Source of the DNA: Candidatus Woesebacteria bacterium
GTDB taxonomy: Bacteria > Patescibacteriota > Microgenomatia > Woykebacterales > 2-01-FULL-43-14
Direction of reading: 5' to 3'
DNA: 55,247 nt
Assembly: GCA_020060105.1 (NCBI GenBank)
Contig: JAGVAV010000031.1
Location: 1-55,247 of the forward strand
Position 1 is the stretch's first letter, and every line of letters starts with the position of its first letter. Under the pieces are notes generated by a model. That model had not been told where the DNA came from and ran no database searches. It saw only the letters and a program-made list of their open reading frames with translations. The position numbers were made by a program, and so were the translations under genes. This document shows, piece after piece, positions 1 to 8,644 of this stretch.

Positions 1-76
1 GATATACAGTATTAGAATATTTTGGTCTAGAGTAAACAATCTTGTTAAAATCGGACGGCAATTTAACTTAATTGTC

Positions 77-808
77 TCAAATGTGTTTGATCTTTTTCAC
101 GACGCGAGAAATCAACTCCCAATCGTACCCTCGCCGGGCCAGAAACTGGCCTAACTTGGCTCGAAACTCTTTTGACTCTAAATCCTTATACGAGTTTAAT
201 TTCTTTTCCGCCACTTTAAGAGCAGAGTCTTCGTTCGTTTCCAGGCCTTCTTTCGTCATTGATTCTTCCAACGCCTGCTCAATGACTTCCCGATTTACCC
301 CTTTTTGGGCTAATTCCATCTTTATTAATCTCAAACCCCGGGGACTAAATTTCTGTCTCTGCTCGATCCACCACCTAGCGAAAGCTAGGTCGTTAATTTG
401 ATTATATTTTTTAAGCTGGTCAATTACCCTTTCAACAGAATCGGGAAAAATATTCACCGCTTGTAGGAGCGTATTGCAATACGCTCCTACGGTTGACGGA
501 GCTTCAAGGATTTGGAAACGAGATTTCTTCAGAAGAAAATTGCGGATTTCGCGTTCACTCCTTGGCCGAAAGGAAAGAAAACGGAGGGCCTTCTCAACCA
601 ACCGGCTCACTTGGTCTTTTTCAATCAATTCTTTGACTTGGGTTTCTGTTAAGGTTTGATCCACCTTAAGTTTAGCCTCAACCTTTTGCTCTAAGGAAAG
701 GCCAAAGGCAAACTGACCATCTAGGAAAATGTTAACTCTTTTGGGATTTTTCTTTTGGGGCTCAATGGCGGTAATCTCGAACATAAATTTCCAATTCCCA
801 ATGATCAT
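77..808 (-). CDS. recX: RecX-like regulatory protein
   Basis: 243-aa ORF lies immediately downstream of recA on the same strand. It has RecX-like helical repeats (RFLSFRPRSEREIRNFL, ARRGYDWELI). An internal ATG at 784 (MFEITAIEP...) is an alternative start. Confidence 0.72.
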   Translation of the reverse strand: MIIGNWKFMFEITAIEPQKKNPKRVNIFLDGQFAFGLSLEQKVEAKLKVDQTLTETQVKELIEKDQVSRLVEKALRFLSFRPRSEREIRNFLLKKSRFQILEAPSTVGAYCNTLLQAVNIFPDSVERVIDQLKKYNQINDLAFARWWIEQRQKFSPRGLRLIKMELAQKGVNREVIEQALEESMTKEGLETNEDSALKVAEKKLNSYKDLESKEFRAKLGQFLARRGYDWELISRVVKKIKHI

Positions 809-867
809 TTATTGAAAACTGCTACTTGATAATTGATCATTAACACTCTCTAGTGATTTACCATCGC

Positions 868-1911
868 TTACTCTGTCTTCGCTTCTTCTTTCTCTTCCAC
901 TCCCACCGCCACCAGCGTGTTTCCTTCTTTTACTGCTTCCCGAATCTTTTTCTCGACTTCCTCGGCCACCTTTTGATTTTCTTCCAGATAAGCCTTAGCC
1001 CCTTCCCGGCCTTGGGCAATTTTTTCTTCACCGTAGCTAAACCAAGCCCCGCTTTTACCGATAATTCCCATCTCCGTGGCAATATCTAAGACGTTACCCG
1101 TTTTAGAAATTCCTTTATCAAACATGATGTCAAACTCGGCCACCCGGAATGGGGGAGCGACCTTATTTTTCACCACCTTCACTCTGACGCGGCTGCCAGT
1201 AAAATCAGCCCCTTCCTTAACGTTATCCACCTTACGAACGTCCAGTCTCACTGAAGAGTAAAATTTTAAAGCCCTTCCACCGGGGGTAGTCTCTGGATTG
1301 CCAAACATCACCCCCACTTTTTCTCGAAGCTGGTTAATAAAAATCACTAGAGTTTTGGATTTACTGATTGATGAGGCTAACTTTCTGAGGGCCTGAGACA
1401 TCAGCCTCGCTTGAATTCCCACGAAGGCATCACCCATTTCACCCTCCACTTCCGCCCGAGGAACCAAAGCGGCGACTGAGTCCACCACGACTACATCCAC
1501 CGCTCCGGAACGAACCAAAGTTTCGACAATCTCTAAAGCCTGCTCGCCAGTGTCAGGTTGAGAGATCAAAAGATCTTTAATGTTTACCCCTAGCGACTGG
1601 GCTCGGAGTGGATCAAGAGCGTGCTCGGCGTCGACAAAAGCGGCCACGCCGTCTTTCTTCTGAACCTCAGCGATAACGTGAAGCGACAAGGTCGTTTTCC
1701 CGCTGCCTTCCGGACCAAAAATCTCAACAATCCTTCCCCGAGGAAGACCCCCGACACCTAAAGCTAAATCTAGAGCCAAAGCGCCGGTCGGAATCACTTC
1801 CACCGACATTTTTTCTCCCGCCTCACCCAGTCTCATAATCGATCCCTTGCCAAACTGCTTTTCAATCTGGCTAATCGCGACCTGCACCGCTTGCATCTTT
1901 TGCTCGTCCAT
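868..1911 (-). CDS. recA: Recombinase RecA
   Basis: Full-length RecA-like sequence with Walker [25 protein letters not shown] and [22 protein letters not shown]. Confidence 0.97.
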   Translation of the reverse strand: MDEQKMQAVQVAISQIEKQFGKGSIMRLGEAGEKMSVEVIPTGALALDLALGVGGLPRGRIVEIFGPEGSGKTTLSLHVIAEVQKKDGVAAFVDAEHALDPLRAQSLGVNIKDLLISQPDTGEQALEIVETLVRSGAVDVVVVDSVAALVPRAEVEGEMGDAFVGIQARLMSQALRKLASSISKSKTLVIFINQLREKVGVMFGNPETTPGGRALKFYSSVRLDVRKVDNVKEGADFTGSRVRVKVVKNKVAPPFRVAEFDIMFDKGISKTGNVLDIATEMGIIGKSGAWFSYGEEKIAQGREGAKAYLEENQKVAEEVEKKIREAVKEGNTLVAVGVEEKEEAKTE

Positions 1912-2247
1912 GAAACCCCCTTAAGTAAATCAAAGATTAAAAATATATTTTGATTTTTAATAGTCTAATTCAGTCTAGCCGAAACTTAACCAAAATTCAA
2001 CCCCTTCTTTTCCTTGACTTCGCTTTTAATTCTAAGACTTCTGTGTTAAAATATCAAACGGATTCAACGCAAAATCATAGCTGAAGCAGGGGAGTGGTAA
2101 GCATATTTTAGTCTAAACAAAAACTGCGCTTTCGTCATCCTGAACTTGTTTCAAGATCTAGTGTGTAAAATATTGTACGACATAATAGGGGATTTGCTGA
2201 TTTTTAAATAACTTTGATCTTTAATTTTTGAATTTTGATTTGTGTTT

Positions 2248-2323
2248 CGGGGTGTAGCTCAGTTGGCAGAGCACTGGGCTGGGGGTCCAGTGGCCGGAGG
2301 TTCGAGTCCTCTCACCCCGACCA
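2248..2323 (+). tRNA. tRNA-Pro (anticodon GGG), CCA encoded
   Basis: Cloverleaf folded by hand. Acceptor CGGGGTG/CACCCCG; D arm GCTC-AGTTGGCA-GAGC; anticodon arm CTGGG-CTGGGGG-TCCAG (U33, GGG, G37); T arm GGAGG-TTCGAGT-CCTCT; discriminator A plus CCA. Total 76 nt. Confidence 0.85.
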
Positions 2324-2550
2324 GCCTTCGCTTGAAGCTACGGCTGGCAGGCCAATCACTATATCGAAGGTTTTGTGGCAGGAGTCCCACGAAGCTTTAC
2401 GCGAAGTAGTACCAACCTTCGTCCGTCAGCCCCAGTATAATCGGGGACAGCCGACTTAGCAAGCCATACCACGGATAAATTCTCCCCTTCGCTTTCTTGA
2501 TTGCTTTTTTATTTAGTATTTAATATAATCGCCTAGGAGGGTAAAACAAT

Positions 2551-3408
2551 ATGGAAAATCAAGCCTCTGTGGATAACCAGGTTAACCACCAAGCAGAAAG
2601 CAATCCCCCCAATCAACCAGAAAAAGTTTCTGAAAAACCAAGATTAAACCCCTGGATAATCGCCAGCGCCGGACTTTTTGTCGTTCTCATTACCGTCGGT
2701 TTCTACACGCTAGGTTTAAAAAAAGATACGTCTCCATCCAACACGCCAGCCGCAGAAAAAAAGGCCTCTAAGTCAGGCTCGCAAGAAAACGATCTTTCAA
2801 AAACGTACACAAACCCCAAATATCCCGACTTCAAAATTCTTTACAACTCAAGTTGGAGTTTAAACAGCACAGAAAGTCAAGTTGCCTACCCACCTGGAGC
2901 TACAAACTCACTAGTTACGTTAGAAAAGAATGGAACGTCGTTATTTTTTGACATTAAAGTTGCTGGAGCACCGATGGGTTGGGTAACTTCTTGTTTTTCA
3001 AAAAGCGAGAGGCCTTATACTATAGTTTCACAAAATCTGTTGGAACGTGATTTAATTCGATATAAAGACAGTGCTTACGGGAATTTTTATTGGTTTGGCG
3101 CGATTGTAAAGGAAAGAGATGAGAAACAATTTAGTGAAAAGCTAGCGTCTTATGACGGTAGTTGTAAAAAGGATGATAGTTGTGCTTTATGTAATTTTAC
3201 CGTCGCTGAGGAGACAATGACCGTATCAACAACATACCCTTTACCAGATGACGGAATAAATTACGGCCCAAATAAGTATTATGGCGCATTAGTTAATGTT
3301 TATGTGAAACAAAATAATGAAAATCAAACTCTCCTAAAAGAAGCTGATCAGATCGTTCAGGAAAGCATTAAGGAAAGTTTAAGCTCCTCTAGCAAACAAC
3401 TGGATTAA
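2551..3408 (+). CDS. Hypothetical membrane-anchored protein
   Basis: 285-aa ORF preceded by AGGAGG. It has one N-terminal TM helix (PWIIASAGLFVVLITVGFYTLGL) and no domain I can recognise. Confidence 0.55.
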   Translation: MENQASVDNQVNHQAESNPPNQPEKVSEKPRLNPWIIASAGLFVVLITVGFYTLGLKKDTSPSNTPAAEKKASKSGSQENDLSKTYTNPKYPDFKILYNSSWSLNSTESQVAYPPGATNSLVTLEKNGTSLFFDIKVAGAPMGWVTSCFSKSERPYTIVSQNLLERDLIRYKDSAYGNFYWFGAIVKERDEKQFSEKLASYDGSCKKDDSCALCNFTVAEETMTVSTTYPLPDDGINYGPNKYYGALVNVYVKQNNENQTLLKEADQIVQESIKESLSSSSKQLD

Positions 3409-3478
3409 AAGATTAACACTGATTAAACCTTCTTGAGACTTCCTCTCCGGCCAGGGTGTTCTACAGTCAGAAAACTAC

Positions 3479-4084
3479 TTACACCGAAAGTTTAAGTTTG
3501 AATCTTTCTAACGTCTCGGAAAAACCCTCAAAATCCCGATAAACTTCCGCCTGAAAACCAAATTTTCTAGCCGTCCGGACGTTTTCTTCACGGTCGTCAA
3601 AATAAAGCACGTCTTCCTTCCTCAGCCCCGACAGCTCCCCTAATACAGCCTCAAAGAATTCTTGGCTTGATTTATTATGGCCAATACGGCAGGAAGCAAA
3701 AACTTTATCAAAAACCTTATTTAAGCCCATCTCGTTGGAAATATAGCTTAAACGATAATTTTCCTGATTTGTCGCTAGGTAACATTTGATCCCCTTTTGC
3801 CGAAGCTTTTCAATCATCCGAATAATCCGCCCATCCACTTTATGCTCTGTCTTAAACCAGTACCTAAGCAATTCCTCCACCGTCCCCGGCCAACTCCAAT
3901 CTTTGACGTATTTTTTCAATACTTCTTTCAGATCCGCCTGACCAACCGCGCAAAGCGGGTAATCCTTCTCAAACAAGGTTAAAATTTTCCCTAGGGGGAT
4001 ATTATACTCTCGAGATAAACGGTTGCTAAAAAGTTCAGCGTTGATCACCATCCCGTCAGCATCAAAAATCACCGCTTTAATCAT
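3479..4084 (-). CDS. HAD-superfamily hydrolase
   Basis: N-terminal DxD motif (VIFDADGMVIN), a later ATNQ motif and a C-terminal YFDDREENV, which together are typical haloacid-dehalogenase motifs I-IV. Confidence 0.75.
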   Translation of the reverse strand: MIKAVIFDADGMVINAELFSNRLSREYNIPLGKILTLFEKDYPLCAVGQADLKEVLKKYVKDWSWPGTVEELLRYWFKTEHKVDGRIIRMIEKLRQKGIKCYLATNQENYRLSYISNEMGLNKVFDKVFASCRIGHNKSSQEFFEAVLGELSGLRKEDVLYFDDREENVRTARKFGFQAEVYRDFEGFSETLERFKLKLSV

Positions 4085-4188
4085 AAAAATATTTTAACAC
4101 AAACAAATGCCCATCTATCACTTTGGGGTAAAAACTGGCAGACATTTTAACAAATATCGTGCCTAGAAGAGAACCGTCCCATAAACCT

Positions 4189-4236
4189 AAAGAAAAAGCC
4201 AGGGGAAAGAAGGATTTTGGCCAAACTTTTCCCTGG
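4189..4236 (-). terminator. Rho-independent terminator candidate downstream of the 4246-4815 gene
   Basis: On the minus strand an 11-bp stem (4226-4236 pairing with 4199-4209, one A-C mismatch) encloses an inner TTTGGCCAAA palindrome. It is followed by CUUUUUCUUU and starts 10 nt after the stop codon. Confidence 0.5.
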
Positions 4237-4245
4237 CGCAACTAC

Positions 4246-4815
4246 TCACGACTGAACGAAAAACTGCCGAACCGTTTCGATCCGATTAAGAGGGCCGGTC
4301 AAGATTTCCCCAACCAATCTGGGGATATCTACCCTCTCCGGCCGCCCAACTAACCATAGAGGGATAAGACCCTCCCATCGCTTAACATTCCTCGCAGGGT
4401 CAAAGATAAGCCGACCGTAGGTATCATAGGAGTAACGGCTAAATTCCTTTCCCACATGCCCAAACCCAATGACTACTTTGGTTACGACATTTTTCTCATT
4501 TAACTCAAAAAGAACCTCCAGGAGCTCCGGTTCCCAAACTTTGAGAAGAGCTACCTGTTTTTCAGCCCGGTACTGAATCCTCACTCCAACCCAGTTTCCC
4601 CCTTCGTCTCCCGGAATTGGCACGGTCTCACGGCGCAGGTAAGCCCAAATCTTTCCGCTCTCCTTATCATGGGCGATGGATGCGGGGGCCCAACTACGTA
4701 GCTCATCGTTAATAACCGCTCCTGGAATCTGAGCCACCACGTTTAAGGTACCTACTGATAGCCGCTTACTTCCCTTGCCTAAGCTCCGGTTAAGAACCTG
4801 GAAATCAAACTGCAT
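4246..4815 (-). CDS. Hypothetical protein
   Basis: 189-aa ORF with a purine-rich SD (GGGGAGAAGAGG) upstream of the ATG. No recognisable motif. Confidence 0.55.
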   Translation of the reverse strand: MQFDFQVLNRSLGKGSKRLSVGTLNVVAQIPGAVINDELRSWAPASIAHDKESGKIWAYLRRETVPIPGDEGGNWVGVRIQYRAEKQVALLKVWEPELLEVLFELNEKNVVTKVVIGFGHVGKEFSRYSYDTYGRLIFDPARNVKRWEGLIPLWLVGRPERVDIPRLVGEILTGPLNRIETVRQFFVQS

Positions 4816-4857
4816 CCTCTTCTCCCCTTTCTCTTTAGTTTGACCCGATAAAGTAGT

Positions 4858-4898
4858 TAGGGAATCACTCGCCGTTTTTGGCTACTCGTGATTCCCTA
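4858..4898 (-). terminator. Perfect 11-bp hairpin between two orphan genes (terminator or attenuator candidate)
   Basis: TAGGGAATCAC (4858-4868) pairs with GTGATTCCCTA (4888-4898) around a 19-nt loop. It lies between the stop at 4921 and the start at 4815. The following U tract is weak. Confidence 0.35.
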
Positions 4899-4920
4899 AA
4901 CTTCTGCACTTTTAATCCTC

Positions 4921-5517
4921 TTACTTCAGACAATCTTCGAGGTCAACCCCTTCCTTCGAGTCTAAAACTTCTCGAACTAATTTGGGCGGCTCGAAGGTTT
5001 TGCCAATTCTCTTGGAAAACGGCAGTAACTGGGGAACCGGAGTATCGTTAACCGTCACCTCACCCCCAGCCGGACTCATTGTCATCCAAGCCGTAGCCTT
5101 ACGACCAGAAGGGTGGAAGTCTCCTCCCACCGGCCCCACGCCATAGTAAACCCGAATCGTCCCCCCGGCTTTGCTTAAGTAAAAGGCCACTTCAGTGAAC
5201 CTTGAGGGGTTAGCTTTGACGAAGGACACTTTCACGAGGCTGTTTGGGTAAAAAGAGACTTCGGCAAAGACCGCGCTACCAACCTTCTCTTCTCCTACCG
5301 CCTTAACCTGGCCCCGAAGCTGGACCCCAAACGCCGGAACTCCGGAACCGTTTTCGAGTCTCTGGTAAAAAGCAAGGTCTCCTAAGGTTACGCTATTTAA
5401 TTGAAGATCCCTCGTTCCTGGAAGGCTAGTCAGAAGGGTCTTCAAGTCCAGAAGGGTCTTTTCGGTTTTTTCCCTATGCCCAGCTGATCTCCTCAGCTCT
5501 TCTAGTAGGTACTCCAT
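4921..5517 (-). CDS. Hypothetical protein
   Basis: The ORF track starts at a GTG (5562) that sits inside a promoter -10 region. The ATG at 5517 (MEYLLEEL...) is preceded by AAGGGAG. No recognisable domain. Confidence 0.55.
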   Translation of the reverse strand: MEYLLEELRRSAGHREKTEKTLLDLKTLLTSLPGTRDLQLNSVTLGDLAFYQRLENGSGVPAFGVQLRGQVKAVGEEKVGSAVFAEVSFYPNSLVKVSFVKANPSRFTEVAFYLSKAGGTIRVYYGVGPVGGDFHPSGRKATAWMTMSPAGGEVTVNDTPVPQLLPFSKRIGKTFEPPKLVREVLDSKEGVDLEDCLK

Positions 5518-5552
5518 GGCTCTCCCTTTCTGTTTGGATTGATATAGCAGCA

Positions 5553-5582
5553 ATTTTAACACTAAAAGAGAAAGTCTGTCAA
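5553..5582 (-). promoter_or_regulatory. Sigma70-like promoter for the 4921-5517 gene
   Basis: Minus strand reads TTGACA (5577-5582), an 18-nt spacer, then TAAAAT (5553-5558). Confidence 0.5.
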
Positions 5583-5718
5583 ACTATGGGTTAAGTAACC
5601 AATAAACGTTTGTCAGCAACTCCTCTTAAATGGTTCTTCAGTTTTTTCACAAAGATGAGAATGCTAAAGGAATCTTGAGATTTGCTCGAAGTGAAAAATA
5701 TATTGCTTACGCTTTCTT

Positions 5719-6012
5719 TTACATTTTTGGAAGAGAGTAAAGGGAAGGGGTTTTGGTAATGATTTTGTAGGCATTCTCGACAAAGTCCCCGCCAGCGTAA
5801 CCGACAATAAAAGCGAAAACCACATTACCGTCAAAGACTGTCGCGGTCAGAAGACCAACCACCCCAGAGAGAAAAACCATCGAGAGAAAATAAAAGAGGT
5901 TAAAACCAACGTTTTTATAGGAATACTGATGTTTAATAAAACCCACCAACCCTCGAACCATTCCCCCGCCAAAGCCCGCCGCCAAAACTGCCCACAATGT
6001 TGTCTCAAGCAT
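5719..6012 (-). CDS. Small integral membrane protein (about 3 TM helices)
   Basis: Highly hydrophobic ORF. The ATG at 6012 (MLETTLWAVLAAGFGGG...) is preferred over the upstream TTG at 6027. Confidence 0.5.
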   Translation of the reverse strand: MLETTLWAVLAAGFGGGMVRGLVGFIKHQYSYKNVGFNLFYFLSMVFLSGVVGLLTATVFDGNVVFAFIVGYAGGDFVENAYKIITKTPSLYSLPKM

Positions 6013-6142
6013 AAATTCGGCCCTCAAAAGGCTGAAAAGGAAATACTAAAAAAAGATTACTAAATCAAGGATTAATTGTCAATCCTTAGAAAAAAGGGGG
6101 GAGCGGCTGAAATATAGACGCTTCCCCCACTTAGAGCCTAGT

Positions 6143-6577
6143 TCAGGCGTAAGCTCTCTCACAGAATCGGGCAAGTCTAGCTTGCGCCTCGGTCGCTTTG
6201 ATCAAAATTAGATCGAGGCCCGCGGAAATAAGCAGTTCAAAATCTGATTCTGAAATTGGCCAGGGGACCCCAGCCTTGTTGGTAAGAACGCAGGCCAGAA
6301 AATCATCTGGAGTTACGTCTACTCCACCCCCTCTTGCTTTTCTAACGGACGGGTAAGCTGGGCTTAACCGGTCATTCCAAGCTCGGTTCAGAACCGCTTC
6401 AAAATGTTTCGCTAACCGCCGCCCTTGCACTTGCTCAAGGCAACCTTCGTCTCTGTCATCTTCGTCCTCGCAACCTCCTATCCAGCAGTTCACCTGGAAA
6501 GGATCTTTCACCTCAGGATTGTTTGGGTCATTCGGATCGTCACGCCTAAGGGAAACCCTCAGGACAAGGCCTTTCAT
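6143..6577 (-). CDS. Hypothetical protein
   Basis: The ATG at 6577 (MKGLVLRV...) is preceded by AAGGAAGGGGGG. The N-terminal half is acidic and Cys-containing (CWIGGCEDEDDRDEGC). No recognisable family. Confidence 0.5.
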   Translation of the reverse strand: MKGLVLRVSLRRDDPNDPNNPEVKDPFQVNCWIGGCEDEDDRDEGCLEQVQGRRLAKHFEAVLNRAWNDRLSPAYPSVRKARGGGVDVTPDDFLACVLTNKAGVPWPISESDFELLISAGLDLILIKATEAQARLARFCERAYA

Positions 6578-6700
6578 TTTTTCCCCCCTTCCTTTTAGCA
6601 AAAGGCCTAAGTGAAAAGTAACAAACTTGCTCGCCTGCTAAGCAGTATGTCCTATTCTAACTCTCAGACAGTCTATTGTCAAATCGAAACCTCCCGTTTT

Positions 6701-7558
6701 TTAGTTCTTTGCTACTGTTCCATTTACCAAATTTATGGTTATCAGGACCTGCTTGTAATCAGGAACAGTATTGGCTTTAAATGTAATCGTTTTGGCAGTG
6801 GCATCATAATCAATAGAGCTGGTTGTCTCGAACTGCTCTTTTACCTCAACGGACTTGAGGGTTTTCAAGTCAATAACAGCCGTCGTCGCAGAAGTGAAAC
6901 CTTGAGCGAGACGGATAAGGTAAGCGAAGTCATCAGTGTACTGATACTCTATAGTGTAACCACAAGCATCCATACATCTCCCAACTGCCTCTTCTGGTCC
7001 TAAAAGCGTTCGGAATGTCTTGTCACTTACCGAGTATAACCTAACTGTTTTTTCTCCATCGGTAAAGATTAGCCTATCATCATCAAGCCAGTGAAGATTA
7101 TCTCGATAAACGAAGTCTTTATGGTTAGTCAACTGAACTGAATTCGTACCGTCCGTACTAGTGAGCCAAACATTAGTAGAAGTTCTTACGTACCCCACAT
7201 CAACTTTTTCATTTTCCAGCGATTCCTTACTTTTTGATAGATAAGCTATTTTTGTCTTATCAGGCGATAAAACGGGCGACGAATTGTAACCCCAAGAAGT
7301 AATTTTTGACTCTTTATCGTTTTTTACAACTACAATATCCCCGTTTTCCACCTTTACGCTTATGATAGAAAAGGCGGGTTTATTATCTCCCGCTAGTTTT
7401 GATTTAGAAAAGAAAACAAAATATGCCGCTCCGACGGTAAGGGTAGTTAAGATAGCAGCAATGATTCCAAGCGTAAGAAGAGTCTTTGACGCGGGAGGGG
7501 AGGTGGAAAATCCAACGTTTTCCGGCGAATTTATCTCATCCATTGCTTTAATAATCAC
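6701..7558 (-). CDS. Membrane-anchored protein with PD40/TolB-like beta-propeller repeats (tentative)
   Basis: N-terminal TM helix (LLTLGIIAAILTTLTVGAAYFVFF) followed by an SPDKTKIAYLS-type repeat signature. Confidence 0.5.
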   Translation of the reverse strand: MIIKAMDEINSPENVGFSTSPPASKTLLTLGIIAAILTTLTVGAAYFVFFSKSKLAGDNKPAFSIISVKVENGDIVVVKNDKESKITSWGYNSSPVLSPDKTKIAYLSKSKESLENEKVDVGYVRTSTNVWLTSTDGTNSVQLTNHKDFVYRDNLHWLDDDRLIFTDGEKTVRLYSVSDKTFRTLLGPEEAVGRCMDACGYTIEYQYTDDFAYLIRLAQGFTSATTAVIDLKTLKSVEVKEQFETTSSIDYDATAKTITFKANTVPDYKQVLITINLVNGTVAKN

Positions 7559-7609
7559 ATAATCGCCTGCTTGGTGTCAAGATAAAGAGAGGCTTATTTT
7601 AAAAGGTAG

Positions 7610-8644
7610 TTGGCAACCAAAGGCTTAGATGTTAAAATGATTTTAGTGACTATGGCTGCCCAAAGCATTATCGAAAAACTTAAAGCCAGCAATCTTTTAG
7701 GCCGCGGTGGGGCGGCTTATCCGACTTGGCAAAAATGGACCGCCGTCAAAGAAGCCAAAGCGGACAAAAAATATATTATTTGTAACGCTTCAGAAGGAGA
7801 ACCCGGCGTTTACAAAGACGGCTTTATCCTCGAAAACTACCCCGAAGAGCTCATTAATGGCCTAAAAATAGCCTTAGAAACGATTGATCACAGCCGCGCT
7901 TATCTTTATCTTCGCCATGGCTACTATCAAAGGTTCAAGAAGAATCTTGAAAAGTTAACTAGAGGCTTACCCATCACGCTTTTTGAAAAGAGCGGCCACT
8001 ACATCAGCGGGGAGGAAACGACGGTAATTGCCACAATCGAAGGGAAGAGGCAAGAGCCGAGCCTAAAACCCCCCTTTCCCACCCAGGCAGGCCTTTGGGG
8101 ATACCCTACCCTGATAAATAATGTCGAAACCTTCTATTACGTCTCCAAAATTGAAAAAGACAGTTACCATCAAACTCGCCTTTACTCGGTTAATGGGGAA
8201 GTCGAAAACGGCGGAGTTTACGAATTACCCTTAAACTGGCCAATTGAAAAAGTCTTGAAGGAAACGAAAAACTGGCCGGGATTTGACTTTTTCGTCCAGG
8301 CCGGGGGCGGGGCGGCGGGGGAAATCTTGCTGCCGGAAGAACTAGGTCAACCTATCGCCGGCGCGGGAGCAATCATTGTTTACCACCGGCAGAAGACTAA
8401 TCCTTTAACACTTATGAAAAAATGGGCGATCTTCTTCATGGACGGCAACTGTGATAAATGCGTTCCCTGCCGAGAAGGGGTTTTTCGGATCGCGGAAATG
8501 CTGGAAAGCGAGAAGGTTGATCGGAAGATAATTGATGATCTTTGCTTTGTCTTAGAAAAAACCAGCTTTTGCCCGTTAGGCCGAAGCACCGTCATCGCGT
8601 TTCGGAGTTTAACAAATAAACTCCTTTCTTGCCAATATGAATAA
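7610..8644 (+). CDS. NuoF-like NAD(P)H/FMN-binding subunit (HydB-like hydrogenase partner)
   Basis: Contains GRGGAAYPTWQKW (the NuoF GRGGAGFPTG-type motif), CNASEGEPG and C-terminal 4Fe-4S ligands CDKCVPCREG...FCPLG. The start is uncertain: TTG at 7610, or ATG at 7637 or 7652. Confidence 0.82.
   Translation: MATKGLDVKMILVTMAAQSIIEKLKASNLLGRGGAAYPTWQKWTAVKEAKADKKYIICNASEGEPGVYKDGFILENYPEELINGLKIALETIDHSRAYLYLRHGYYQRFKKNLEKLTRGLPITLFEKSGHYISGEETTVIATIEGKRQEPSLKPPFPTQAGLWGYPTLINNVETFYYVSKIEKDSYHQTRLYSVNGEVENGGVYELPLNWPIEKVLKETKNWPGFDFFVQAGGGAAGEILLPEELGQPIAGAGAIIVYHRQKTNPLTLMKKWAIFFMDGNCDKCVPCREGVFRIAEMLESEKVDRKIIDDLCFVLEKTSFCPLGRSTVIAFRSLTNKLLSCQYE

Noticed and set aside
1940-1975. AT-rich inverted repeat ATTAAAAAT-N8-ATTTTTAAT upstream of recA, considered as a possible SOS box
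   Set aside because: It is unrelated to the lexA-promoter palindrome and is made only of A/T, so it is easily produced by chance in a promoter region.
2235-2459. 74-aa plus-strand ORF
   Set aside because: It starts at a TTG and reads straight through tRNA-Pro (2248-2323). It has no SD and no protein-like features.
4159-4353. 64-aa plus-strand ORF
   Set aside because: It starts at a GTG, runs through the terminator hairpin (4199-4236) and overlaps the 3' end of the minus-strand 4246-4815 gene. Its basic low-complexity translation also argues against it.
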